From Candidatus Azophilus sp. (lineage in GTDB: Bacteria > Pseudomonadota > Gammaproteobacteria > Pseudomonadales > Azotimanducaceae), in contig OZ241358.1 in assembly GCA_965200465.1 (NCBI GenBank), positions 1,189,872-1,253,871 of the forward strand: 64,000 nucleotides of DNA, given 5' to 3'. Below are positions 19,034 to 27,434 of the stretch, piece after piece. A program made the position numbers and the translations under genes. The number at the start of each line of letters is the position of its first letter. The stretch's first letter is position 1. A model generated the notes under the pieces. It had not been told where the DNA came from. It searched no databases and saw only the letters and a program-made list of their open reading frames with translations.

Positions 19034-20125
19034 TCAGGGCCAGTCCTTGGAGGGCGCCATGTAGGCGCCGCCGCTGGTGCGGGCTAGGTTCCAAAAGGCG
19101 GCGGAGGCCAAGGGGTCGCCCTCCATCGGCATCAGGATGACGTTGATCGGCACTTGCGGGGGCAGTTGCCGCAGCGCCGCCCGGAACAGGCTGAGCCGGT
19201 CGGCGCCGGAAATGGTCGCCCGCCGCGGCCTTCCGGCGCCCTGGGTGGGCAGGGAGTCAGTCACCAAATAGACGTTGTCCGGCAGGGGGTTCAGGGTGCG
19301 CAGCTTGGCGGCCAAGCGCTCCAGGCTGGTGCCGCCTTTCGGGGTCATGGCGCCTAAGCGGTCGATGGCTGCGGACAGCGCCCGGCCGTCGCCTAGAGGC
19401 GTCCACTGCTCTTCGCTGTCCGGTACTAAGGACAGCGCCTCTTCGCTGAAGGCGAACAATTGGAAGTCCGCGTCCAAGGGCAGTTGCGCGGCCAGCCACT
19501 CCACCGTGCGCACCGCCCGCCGCCACTTGGGAGCGTTGCGCTGGCGCTCCTCCGGCATGTTGCGGCGGCGCAGCACGTTGACGATGGTTTCGTCGAGCAT
19601 GCTGGCGGATGCGTCGATGGCGATGAGGATGTTGCGCCCGCCGACCTTCAGGCCGGTGAGGTACTGCCGATCCCCCTCGCCGACGAACGCCCTGGCCTTG
19701 CCGCCTTCGTCGGCCTCCTCCATTTGGCGCAGCCGGCGCACCTCCTCCTCACGGGCCGCCACGTCGCTGCTCAGCTTCTCCAGGGAGCGCCGCTCCGCCG
19801 AAGACTCGGCGCTTAGGTCGTCGAACGCCTCGCGGGATTGGCGCAGGTCGGCCTGCACGCTCACCAGCTTGCGGCTTGATTCGCTCAGCCGCTGGGCCAG
19901 CGCCTGCAGCCGCTCCCGCCATTCGAACAGGTCCTTCTCGCCGGCTTGCACCTGATAGTCGAGCAGGCGGACTTCGGCAAGCTGCTCCCGGTTGACGACC
20001 TTGGCGTTCTCCTCGGTCTCATGGTTGATGATCAGGAAGATCAGCACCACCGCCCCGAAGCCGCAGGACATGACGTCCAGAAACGACAGCGAGAAGACGC
20101 TCGGCCGCCGTCCGCTGCGGCGCAC
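19034..20125 (-). CDS. ExbD/TolR-like TM anchor - coiled coil - vWA domain protein (paralogue 1)
   Basis: GTG start overlaps the upstream stop (TAGTG). N-terminus RRPSVFSLSFLDVMSCGFGAVVLIFLII is followed by a long coiled coil. The vWA domain has MIDAS IAIDASASM. Same architecture as the 18028-19020 product. Confidence 0.75.
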   Translation of the reverse strand: MRRSGRRPSVFSLSFLDVMSCGFGAVVLIFLIINHETEENAKVVNREQLAEVRLLDYQVQAGEKDLFEWRERLQALAQRLSESSRKLVSVQADLRQSREAFDDLSAESSAERRSLEKLSSDVAAREEEVRRLRQMEEADEGGKARAFVGEGDRQYLTGLKVGGRNILIAIDASASMLDETIVNVLRRRNMPEERQRNAPKWRRAVRTVEWLAAQLPLDADFQLFAFSEEALSLVPDSEEQWTPLGDGRALSAAIDRLGAMTPKGGTSLERLAAKLRTLNPLPDNVYLVTDSLPTQGAGRPRRATISGADRLSLFRAALRQLPPQVPINVILMPMEGDPLASAAFWNLARTSGGAYMAPSKDWP

Positions 20126-21261
20126 TAAGGGCCTTCCTCCACAAGGATGAACTGGAAGCGCCGGCCGTCCCCTTCGTGCATTTCGCCAACGCGCCCCCGC
20201 TCCGGCAGACCGAAGGGATTGCCGCGCAACGGCCAGGCGCGATGGCCCTGCAGGGCGTGGGTGGCGGCCGGCGGCGGCGCTGGGGCGCTGCTTGGGGCGA
20301 CGGCGCCCCTTGGCAGCGTCGTAACCAACTTCAACCCGTCAAGAACACCCTCATGCTGGGCGGCGGCGCGGCTTAAGACGTCCTCCGGCAGGGCCTCGGG
20401 GCGCAGGCCGAGATCACTGAGCGCCGCCATCAGCCCCGGCAGGGCGGCGCTGCGGGGCGCCACCAGCAATTGCGCGTCGGCGGGCACCTTCTCGGCCGCC
20501 GGCGCCAAGCGTTGGGCCAGCTTGTCCTGCAGCGCGGCGCGGCTTAGTTGGGTGCGCCGCACGGCGCCGCGGTGCGTAACCTCCAAGGCCAGGTCGGCTT
20601 GGCCGCCGCTGCGGGACCAAGCGTGCAATTGGTCGTAGAGCTGCTGTTCGGTGTCCGCGGCGTGCAGTGGGTCGAAGCGCAGCTCCTGCACGAAGCGGTC
20701 CGCCGCCAGGTTGGCCCAACCGTCCAGGCAGGAGTTGAGGCCGGCGCTGGCCAGGGGCTCCACTGCGCCGCGGCCCAGCTCTTCGCCGCAGCGAAGTTCG
20801 GTGAGGCAGCAGCGGGTGGCGTGCAGGTCCAGCAGCCAGGTGGGCGGTTGCAGCCGCGCCGCGCTCGCCATCAACAAGGCGGTGTCCACAAAGGCGCGCA
20901 GCTCGAAGCCGGCCTCGTTGGCAATGCCGAGCAGGACGCCGAGTTGCTCCTTGGCCAGAAATCCCGGCACGGCGGCTATGGCCGGCTGTTCCGCCAAGCC
21001 CTGCAACTCCAGCAGGTGCCGATAGACCAGATCCGCATGATTGGCCACCTGCCGCCCCGGGTGCGGCAGCGGGTCCGCGTTCAGCCGCGCCAGATATTGC
21101 TGGTTCGCCTTCTGCGGATGGCGGCGGGCGTTCTTGAGGGCGGCGTCCCCGAAGGTCAGGGCGTCGCCGTCCAGATAGGCGATGGCCGGCTGTTGATGCA
21201 GGATGCGGCCGTCATGGTGCAGGCTGAGAGCCGCGTCGTTGAGCTCCAGCACCAGGGGCAT
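20125..21261 (-). CDS. Cytoplasmic hypothetical protein, possibly a degenerate Hsp70/actin-fold (ASKHA) protein
   Basis: No TM or signal peptide. LVLELNDAALSL, AAVPGFLAKEQLGVLLGIANEAGFELRAFVDTALLMA and WLLDLHATRCCLTEL resemble the Hsp70 phosphate-1, connect and phosphate-2 blocks, but the Gly-rich ATP-binding residues are replaced. The fold call is an inference. Confidence 0.5.
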   Translation of the reverse strand: MPLVLELNDAALSLHHDGRILHQQPAIAYLDGDALTFGDAALKNARRHPQKANQQYLARLNADPLPHPGRQVANHADLVYRHLLELQGLAEQPAIAAVPGFLAKEQLGVLLGIANEAGFELRAFVDTALLMASAARLQPPTWLLDLHATRCCLTELRCGEELGRGAVEPLASAGLNSCLDGWANLAADRFVQELRFDPLHAADTEQQLYDQLHAWSRSGGQADLALEVTHRGAVRRTQLSRAALQDKLAQRLAPAAEKVPADAQLLVAPRSAALPGLMAALSDLGLRPEALPEDVLSRAAAQHEGVLDGLKLVTTLPRGAVAPSSAPAPPPAATHALQGHRAWPLRGNPFGLPERGRVGEMHEGDGRRFQFILVEEGP

Positions 21262-21361
21262 GGCTACGGCCGGCTGCTGCGGCTGTTGCCGGAGGCCAGC
21301 GGCCGCGGAGCGCCGCCGCGGTGCGGGCCGGGCGCCGCGCTGTCCGCTTTGGACGGCGGCC

Positions 21362-22165
21362 TCACTGGCCCCGCACCTGAAGATGGCTCATTAGGCGCTG
21401 GTCGCAGTAGGTCTGCACGTCCAGCACCAGGCGCTCCTGAACGAGCTGCAGTTGGTGCATCAGGAACATGATGACGATGCTGATGACCAAGGCGATGAAG
21501 GTGGAGTTGAAGGCCACGCCTAGGTTGGCCGTCACCCCGGCGATGTCCCCCTCCACGGCCTTGTAGGCCTGTCCAAGGGCCTGGCTGATGCCGCGCACCG
21601 TGCCGATGAAGCCTATGCTGGGAATCGCCCAGGCGATGTAGCGGACCATGGCCAGTTCGCTGTCCAGCCGGTCCGATTCGCTGTCGCAGACCGCCTTGAC
21701 GGCCACCGAGACGTCCTGCACGTTGCGGGTGGCGGCGAAGCGCTGCAGGGCGGACAGCAGCGCCCTTGGCAGCAGCCGCTCCCGCACCGGCGCCGGCAGC
21801 GCCTGAATGGGGCGGGCGTATTCCCGGGCGTCCTCCGGCAGGATGCTCATGCCGTCCGCCACCCGGATGACGTCCTCCGCCAAGAGGCGGCGTTCGCGCA
21901 GGGCGCTGCGGCCCTTGTAGCCCATGATCGCCATTGCCCAAAGCATCAGCACGAAGCAGGACTCCTGCTCGAAGTCCTTGAGCATGACGTAGAGGGACTG
22001 CTGCTCGTCAACGCGCTCGCCGGCCGCCGCCTGCTCGGCCCGCAGTTCAAGGACGGCTTGGGCGTTGGGGCGCACGACGGTGATGTAGAGCAGATGCACG
22101 ACGATCAGCGCCAGCACCAAGGCGGCTATCTGGTAGATCAGCTCCGTGGGCAGTGGCCGCTTCAT
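21362..22165 (-). CDS. MotA/TolQ/ExbB proton-channel family protein
   Basis: 267 aa with three TM helices. The motif AIPSIGFIGTVRGISQA plus FNSTFIALVISIVIMFL parallels the in-window ExbB CPLLGLLGTVTGMISVF. Confidence 0.8.
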   Translation of the reverse strand: MKRPLPTELIYQIAALVLALIVVHLLYITVVRPNAQAVLELRAEQAAAGERVDEQQSLYVMLKDFEQESCFVLMLWAMAIMGYKGRSALRERRLLAEDVIRVADGMSILPEDAREYARPIQALPAPVRERLLPRALLSALQRFAATRNVQDVSVAVKAVCDSESDRLDSELAMVRYIAWAIPSIGFIGTVRGISQALGQAYKAVEGDIAGVTANLGVAFNSTFIALVISIVIMFLMHQLQLVQERLVLDVQTYCDQRLMSHLQVRGQ

Positions 22166-22557
22166 ATATCCACCGGGAAGGGCGCGGCGAAGTCCTCGGA
22201 AATTTCCTCGGAGGGCAGGAACACTTCTTGACGCGGCCCTTCATTCCTTGCGGCTTCGGCATCGCCGGCCGGGTCGGCGCGGCCCTCCGCGGCGGGCGCC
22301 GGCGGCGCCTCGTTCGGAGGCTTCGCCGCCGGCCGCTCCGCCGCTTGCGTGGCGCCGGCGAGGCCGCAAAGCAGCAGGACGGCCGCGCCGCGCCGGATGC
22401 AGCCTAGGTGGAGCCAAGCGCAAGGCGACCGGTCGAACCGCTCTGCATGGCCCGTCCGCCCTGGCGCCGCCGCTGCCTTGGAGACATTGCGCAATTGCGG
22501 CCGCCGCCGGCGAGCGGGAGGGCTTCCTGTTGATGCGCAGCGCATGTTCGTTTCCAC
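22162..22557 (-). CDS. Small single-pass membrane or secreted protein, acidic Pro/Ala-rich C-terminus
   Basis: Hydrophobic segment GAAVLLLCGLAGATQA followed by a Pro/Ala/Glu-rich tail. Its stop overlaps the MotA-like start (ATGA). Only the ATGs at 22557 and 22545 are available as starts, so the N-terminus is uncertain. Confidence 0.4.
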   Translation of the reverse strand: METNMRCASTGSPPARRRRPQLRNVSKAAAAPGRTGHAERFDRSPCAWLHLGCIRRGAAVLLLCGLAGATQAAERPAAKPPNEAPPAPAAEGRADPAGDAEAARNEGPRQEVFLPSEEISEDFAAPFPVDI

Positions 22558-22597
22558 TTAGCCTTAAGCCTTGGCCAGCCGCCCGGCGCCGGCATTC

Positions 22598-24643
22598 CTA
22601 GGGCGCGGCCTCCGCAAAGCGGGCGATTCTAAAGCCTAGATCCGGCCGGCCGTCAATGCCGTAGTCGCGGAATGACAGCCTGAGATCGGTGACGGTGCCG
22701 TGCATCCAGCTGGAGCCGCGGATGACATGATACTCCCCCGCGGCCGGCCCTAGAGGGCCGACGCCTTCGGGGACCGGATGCTGGTAGTAGTCGTTGGTCC
22801 ACTCCGCCGCGTTGCCGCCTAGGTCGAAGAGGCCCTTGGCGTTGGCGGCGAACGCGCCCACCGGCGCCGCTACGGCGTAGTTGTCGTTGTAGCCGAAGAC
22901 GACCCGTCCGACCAGATGGCCGGCGGAGCGGTCCGCGTAGTTGCCGTGGCGGTCGGGTGGCGGCAGGGCCTCCCCCCAGGGAAAGCGAAGCAGCGTCGCC
23001 GCGCCCTCCTGGGTGCGGGCCGCCCAGGCCCACTCCGCCTCCGTCGGCAGCCGGTAGCCAGTGGCTTGCGGGTTGAAGCCGGTCGCCTTGCCGAACTCCT
23101 CGATGTAGAACGGCGGCAGGTTTTCCCGGCGGGACAGCCAGTTGCAGTAGAGTGCGGCGTCGTGCCAGCTTAAGCTCGCCGCCGGCTGATCGTCCTTGTT
23201 CAGGGGCTGGTCCTCGTAGGAGCCGGAGTCATGGCCGCTGGCGAAGGCCCTGAACTCCGCGTTGGTGACCTCCTTGACGGCTAGGTAGAACAGCCGCTTG
23301 AGCGCCACGTCGCGCAGGGTTTCATTGGCCCGCCGGCCCGCCTCCCTTCTGGAGGCGCCTAAGGTGATGGGGCTGGGCTGCAGCAACCTCAGCACCTGTC
23401 CCTGAGCCGTGGTGATTTCCGGGGGCAGCGCCGCCAGCCGCGCCTCCTCCAAGGTCAGCAGGTTGGCGCGCACCTCCAGGGTAAGCCCCGGCCGCGGGGT
23501 GACCTTGGCGCTGTGGTCGGCGTAGCCCGGTGCGCTGATTCTTAAAGTGTGGCGGCGAGCCGGCAACTCCAGGGTTTGGTTGGCCGGCCCGGCCGGGCGT
23601 CCGTTAACGTGCAGCAGGGCGTTGGCCGGGGAGGCCTGCACCGCCACCGCCCCGACCAGTTGCTCAAGCTCCAGGGACAGCGTTCGCGCTTCGCCGGCCG
23701 CCAGCCGCAGGTTCGCCTCCCGCGCCGCGAAACCGGCTTTGAAGACCCGCACGCGATAGGCGCGGCCGGAGCGAAGCTCCACCCGCAGCGGGGATTCGCC
23801 CTGATACTTGCCGTCGATGGTTACGCCGGCGCCGACCGGCCGGGTGCTTAGGCGCAGCGAGGCGTCGGCCTGCCGCAGCTTGATGGGGGAGGGGGCGCGC
23901 CGCTCCTGCGCGACGACCAGAATGCGCTGGCGATGGGCTTGGTGGCCGTCGAGCAGCAGCGCCACCTCATGCTCCCCGGCCAGGATCTCCGTAGTCGCCG
24001 GGGTGCGCCGGCCGGTGTCCCGCCCATCGACCAGGATGCGGGCGCCGGGCGGCTCGGTGACGTAATGCACTTCGCCCCAGTTGGGCGTCAACTCCGCATC
24101 CACCCGTTGCGGCCGCCGCTTGCCAACCACCGTCACCGGCAGCTCCCTTGCTTGATGGCGTGGATGGGTGAAGCGCAACAGCCGCTTCCCGGCCGGCACG
24201 GGAACGTCCGTCAACGGCGTTGCGCCGACGGCCTTGCCGTCAATGCTCACCGAGGCACCGGCGGGAGCGGAGTGGACGCTCAGCAGGCCGGGCAGGGGGG
24301 TGAACTCAAAGGCGAAGGCTTGGTTTCGTTCGGGGCCGACCCGCAGTTCCTTGTCCAAGGGATGATGGCCGGCGAGTTCCGCCCGCACCCGGTAGCTTTG
24401 GCGCAGCAGCAGATGAACGCCGCCGAAGGCGAGAGCCGGGCCGCCGGCAAGCTCCACCCGGTCGGCCGGCGGCGAAAACGCCAACTCCACCGAGCGGGCG
24501 GTGAACAGGAACACCAGCAAGGCGGCGGCGCCCAGCGCCACGGCCGCCAAGGCGATCGGCACCGGCGCGACCTTGGAGCGCCTTGCTCCCGCCGCTGCCG
24601 AAGGCTGATAGCGAATGGGCTGGATCGCCGGGCCGTCGGTCAT
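22598..24643 (-). CDS. Membrane-anchored PEGA-repeat protein with C-terminal FGE-sulfatase (SUMF1/GldK-like) domain
   Basis: The ATG at 24643 overlaps the upstream stop (ATGA). It has TM helix VPIALAAVALGAAALLVFLF and at least four ~70-aa PEGA-like repeats (e.g. LSVHSAPAGASVSIDGKAVGATPL..., LRLSTRPVGAGVTIDGKYQGESPL...). The C-terminus carries FGE-fold blocks AASLSWHDAALYCNWLS, YRLPTEAEWAWAAR, GGNAAEWTNDYY, RGSSW and LGFRIARF. Confidence 0.8.
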   Translation of the reverse strand: MTDGPAIQPIRYQPSAAAGARRSKVAPVPIALAAVALGAAALLVFLFTARSVELAFSPPADRVELAGGPALAFGGVHLLLRQSYRVRAELAGHHPLDKELRVGPERNQAFAFEFTPLPGLLSVHSAPAGASVSIDGKAVGATPLTDVPVPAGKRLLRFTHPRHQARELPVTVVGKRRPQRVDAELTPNWGEVHYVTEPPGARILVDGRDTGRRTPATTEILAGEHEVALLLDGHQAHRQRILVVAQERRAPSPIKLRQADASLRLSTRPVGAGVTIDGKYQGESPLRVELRSGRAYRVRVFKAGFAAREANLRLAAGEARTLSLELEQLVGAVAVQASPANALLHVNGRPAGPANQTLELPARRHTLRISAPGYADHSAKVTPRPGLTLEVRANLLTLEEARLAALPPEITTAQGQVLRLLQPSPITLGASRREAGRRANETLRDVALKRLFYLAVKEVTNAEFRAFASGHDSGSYEDQPLNKDDQPAASLSWHDAALYCNWLSRRENLPPFYIEEFGKATGFNPQATGYRLPTEAEWAWAARTQEGAATLLRFPWGEALPPPDRHGNYADRSAGHLVGRVVFGYNDNYAVAAPVGAFAANAKGLFDLGGNAAEWTNDYYQHPVPEGVGPLGPAAGEYHVIRGSSWMHGTVTDLRLSFRDYGIDGRPDLGFRIARFAEAAP

Positions 24644-26205
24644 TGCTGCAGCGCTTCCCGGCAACTGATGTCTATGGGCGCCATGTCCTCGGCCACGGTG
24701 ATCTGGGCGCGGAAGTCCCGGCAGCCGTCGCGGCTGGCGACGATGGTGTAGGCGCCGGGCCGCAGGCGCAGGCGTTTTTCGGAGAAGCGGCCCAAGGGAC
24801 CTATGTTGGAGAGCAGCACCTCGCTGGCGTTGTCCGAGCGCAGCAGCACCGGCACCGGGCTGCCGTAGCGCCGCAGCAGGGCGTCCGCTGCGGCGACGGC
24901 GGCGGCCAGCACGGGGCCTTGGGGGGCAAGCCGCTTGGCTTCGTCCAGCGCCTGCAAGGCGTCTCGGTAGCGCGCCTCGGCGGACAGCAGGTCCGCGTTG
25001 GCCATGAGTTCGTTCAGGGCCTCCAGAGTTCGCCGCTGGGTTGCCGCCCGCCGCAGTCCGGCCTTGGCGAACTGGACATTGGCGTCCAAGGCCAAAATGC
25101 CCTGGTAGGCGTCCGCCGCCTGCCGCCATTGCTCAGCGGCGGCGAAGGCCGCGGCTTGCTGCTTGAGGCGGCTGATTTCCGCCAGCACCGACTGTTCCGC
25201 GAGCTGCTGCAGGCCGCCGAGGGCGGACGAGTTGTTGGCGTCCATGGCCAGCGCCTGCTCGAAGGCGCTTCTGGCCGCGGCGAACTCCTGCCGCTCCAAG
25301 GCCGCGAAGCCTGTGGAAAGATGGCTGCGCAGCCTTTGCGCCGCCTCGTTCCGGCGGGCTTGGGCAAGGGCGTCGGCGAGGCCGGACGTTGCGGCGTCCA
25401 AGGCGCGGATGCCCTCGTAGGCGCGGACGGCGTCGGCCCAGCGCCCGGCCAGTTCGTGGTTGCGGGCTTGGCGAAATCGGTCGAGCAAGTCCGGCAGCCG
25501 GGCGGCTCGGGCCGCGGCTTGCGCCAACCTTGGGCTGTCGGGCTTGATTTGCTTGGCTTGGTCGAGCTGGGAGCGGGCCTCTTCGGAATTGCGGGCGTCA
25601 ATGGCGGCGAGCGCCGCCGCCAAGGCGCCGTTGAACTGGGAGTGGCCGGCTGCGAGCAACGCGGCCAAGGCGTCCGCCGCTTGCCGGTAGCCGCCGATGG
25701 CCTGCTCAAAGCGTTCGGCGACGAAGGCTTCATCCCCGGCTTGGGCTAGGTCGCGGGCTTGGTCATAGCCTTCCTGTCCCCATGCGCCGACGTTCAGTTC
25801 GTCGCGCAGGCGCAGCTCCAGCTCCACGAAGCGGGCCAGCGCGGCGCTGGCGTCGGTGCGCGCCTGCTCCCGGCGCAAAGCGGCGAAGGGGGGCGGCTGT
25901 TCGGCGGCCGGGCGGCTGGGGCGCGGCGTCGTGGCGGCGCCCTCCTGCGTTGGCGGGGGAGGCTTGACAACAGGTGCCCACTGGGGCGCCAGAGTGAACA
26001 GCGTCGCCACCATGGCGGCGGCCGCCAAGCCGACGGCGGCGTAGAGCGGCCAGCGGCGGCCGTCGGCGCCCGATTTGGCCGTCGTCCGGTTGGCGTGGGT
26101 AAGTGGAACCGGCTGCGGTTCGATCAGCGGCGAATCGCCGACGGGCCTCCGCTCCGTCCCGACTAGGGACGGAGCCCCGGGTTTGGGTCCTGGCTCATTC
26201 TTCAC
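24640..26205 (-). CDS. Single-pass membrane protein with TPR-like helical repeats and a C-terminal PEGA-like beta domain
   Basis: TM helix WPLYAAVGLAAAAMVATLFTL and a Pro-rich linker. The repeated Ala-rich helical hairpins are TPR-like (WADAVRAYEGIRALD, FAAARSAFEQALAMD, WRQAADAYQGILALD). The C-terminus RLRPGAYTIVASRDGCRDF resembles a PEGA strand motif. Confidence 0.65.
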   Translation of the reverse strand: MKNEPGPKPGAPSLVGTERRPVGDSPLIEPQPVPLTHANRTTAKSGADGRRWPLYAAVGLAAAAMVATLFTLAPQWAPVVKPPPPTQEGAATTPRPSRPAAEQPPPFAALRREQARTDASAALARFVELELRLRDELNVGAWGQEGYDQARDLAQAGDEAFVAERFEQAIGGYRQAADALAALLAAGHSQFNGALAAALAAIDARNSEEARSQLDQAKQIKPDSPRLAQAAARAARLPDLLDRFRQARNHELAGRWADAVRAYEGIRALDAATSGLADALAQARRNEAAQRLRSHLSTGFAALERQEFAAARSAFEQALAMDANNSSALGGLQQLAEQSVLAEISRLKQQAAAFAAAEQWRQAADAYQGILALDANVQFAKAGLRRAATQRRTLEALNELMANADLLSAEARYRDALQALDEAKRLAPQGPVLAAAVAAADALLRRYGSPVPVLLRSDNASEVLLSNIGPLGRFSEKRLRLRPGAYTIVASRDGCRDFRAQITVAEDMAPIDISCREALQQ

Positions 26206-26229
26206 CCTGGAGGCCGCGGTCTGGATGGC

Positions 26230-27432
26230 TTACGCGGGGTCGTCCGTCTCGGCCGGCGCCGGGGCGGGCAGCCCTAGGTCTGCAAAGTAGAGTTCGCGCA
26301 GGATGCGGCGCAGTTCCTGGTATTGCTGATCGACCGTGCCCTGCAGGCGCACGGTCTGGTTCTCCAACTCCAGGGTGTGGGGCATGATTTCGGCCTCCGC
26401 CGCCATGCCGATCTCCTGCAGGGCCTCCGCCTGCATGGCGGCCTCGTTCCTTTTCGCCACCGCGCCCTTGATCAAGGCGGCGCCGGCGCCGATGGCGACT
26501 AAGCCGGTGGCGTCAATGTAGGGATTGCTGCTGTCGTAGATGGCGCCGATGCCGGCGCCGATGGCGGCGGCGCCGGTCAGGGCGCGGGTGCGCGCCTGGG
26601 CCTTGAGTTCGCGCAGGGCGGCGGCCTCCGAGTAGGTGGCGTTGCGCCATTCCTGATAGGGGCGGTGCATTTGCCGATGGTAGTTGGCGTAGTGTTCGTC
26701 CAGGGTGTCGATGAAGACGTACTCGCGCTCCCGCACTTGGCGCACCCGCGCCAGCATGGGGTCGTCCTCCGCCGGCAGCCGCAGCAGCTTGAAGCCGCCC
26801 TCGGGCAGCGCCTGCACATGGCTGGCGAAGGCGTCCGGCGCGAAGTCCCGGGCGAACTTCATCTCCGCGGTGGCGCGGATGGCGCGGATGGTTGCGTCGT
26901 CCAACGTCTCCCGGTAGGCCAGCATGTCGTCCGCCAACTGCCGGTAGTTGGCTTGGAAGGGGTCGATGCCCGGCGGCATGGTCGGCGAATAGGCGTATTT
27001 GCTGGCCAGCGCCCGGTAGGTCCTGCTGAACCAAACCTGGCCGCGGGCGTCCGCCACCGTGAATTCCTGGGTGAGGCGTTCGCCGTCCGACTCCAGAATC
27101 TTGCCGGTGACGGTGACGTCCACGGCGTGGGTGGGCCGGGGAACCACCCGCACGGCGCCCCAGTTGCCGGTGCTTTGCAGCACGTTCTTGGCGAAGTAGG
27201 GCATGAACTGCGCTTCGGCGCGACGAATGTCCGGGTTGATGAGTTGGGCGACCTGCTCGTCAAAGCTCTCCGGAATGTTGGGGTCCAGCACGGCGACGCC
27301 GATGTCGAGCAGGTGCGTCTCGTCCTGAACGCCTTGGAACTGCTTCGGCGGCGTTAGGTCCACCGTGCGCACGGATTCGGAGACGCAGGCGGTGAGCGCC
27401 GCCATGCAAAGGGCAATGGGGATGAGGCGCAT
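26230..27432 (-). CDS. Hypothetical lipoprotein with C-terminal glycine-zipper segments
   Basis: MRLIPIALCMAALTACVSE (lipobox LTAC). Near the C-terminus are two Gly/Ala-rich hydrophobic segments, GAAAIGAGIGAIY and LVAIGAGAALIKGA. The start lies 2 nt after the upstream stop. Confidence 0.65.
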   Translation of the reverse strand: MRLIPIALCMAALTACVSESVRTVDLTPPKQFQGVQDETHLLDIGVAVLDPNIPESFDEQVAQLINPDIRRAEAQFMPYFAKNVLQSTGNWGAVRVVPRPTHAVDVTVTGKILESDGERLTQEFTVADARGQVWFSRTYRALASKYAYSPTMPPGIDPFQANYRQLADDMLAYRETLDDATIRAIRATAEMKFARDFAPDAFASHVQALPEGGFKLLRLPAEDDPMLARVRQVREREYVFIDTLDEHYANYHRQMHRPYQEWRNATYSEAAALRELKAQARTRALTGAAAIGAGIGAIYDSSNPYIDATGLVAIGAGAALIKGAVAKRNEAAMQAEALQEIGMAAEAEIMPHTLELENQTVRLQGTVDQQYQELRRILRELYFADLGLPAPAPAETDDPA

Positions 27433-27434
27433 GG

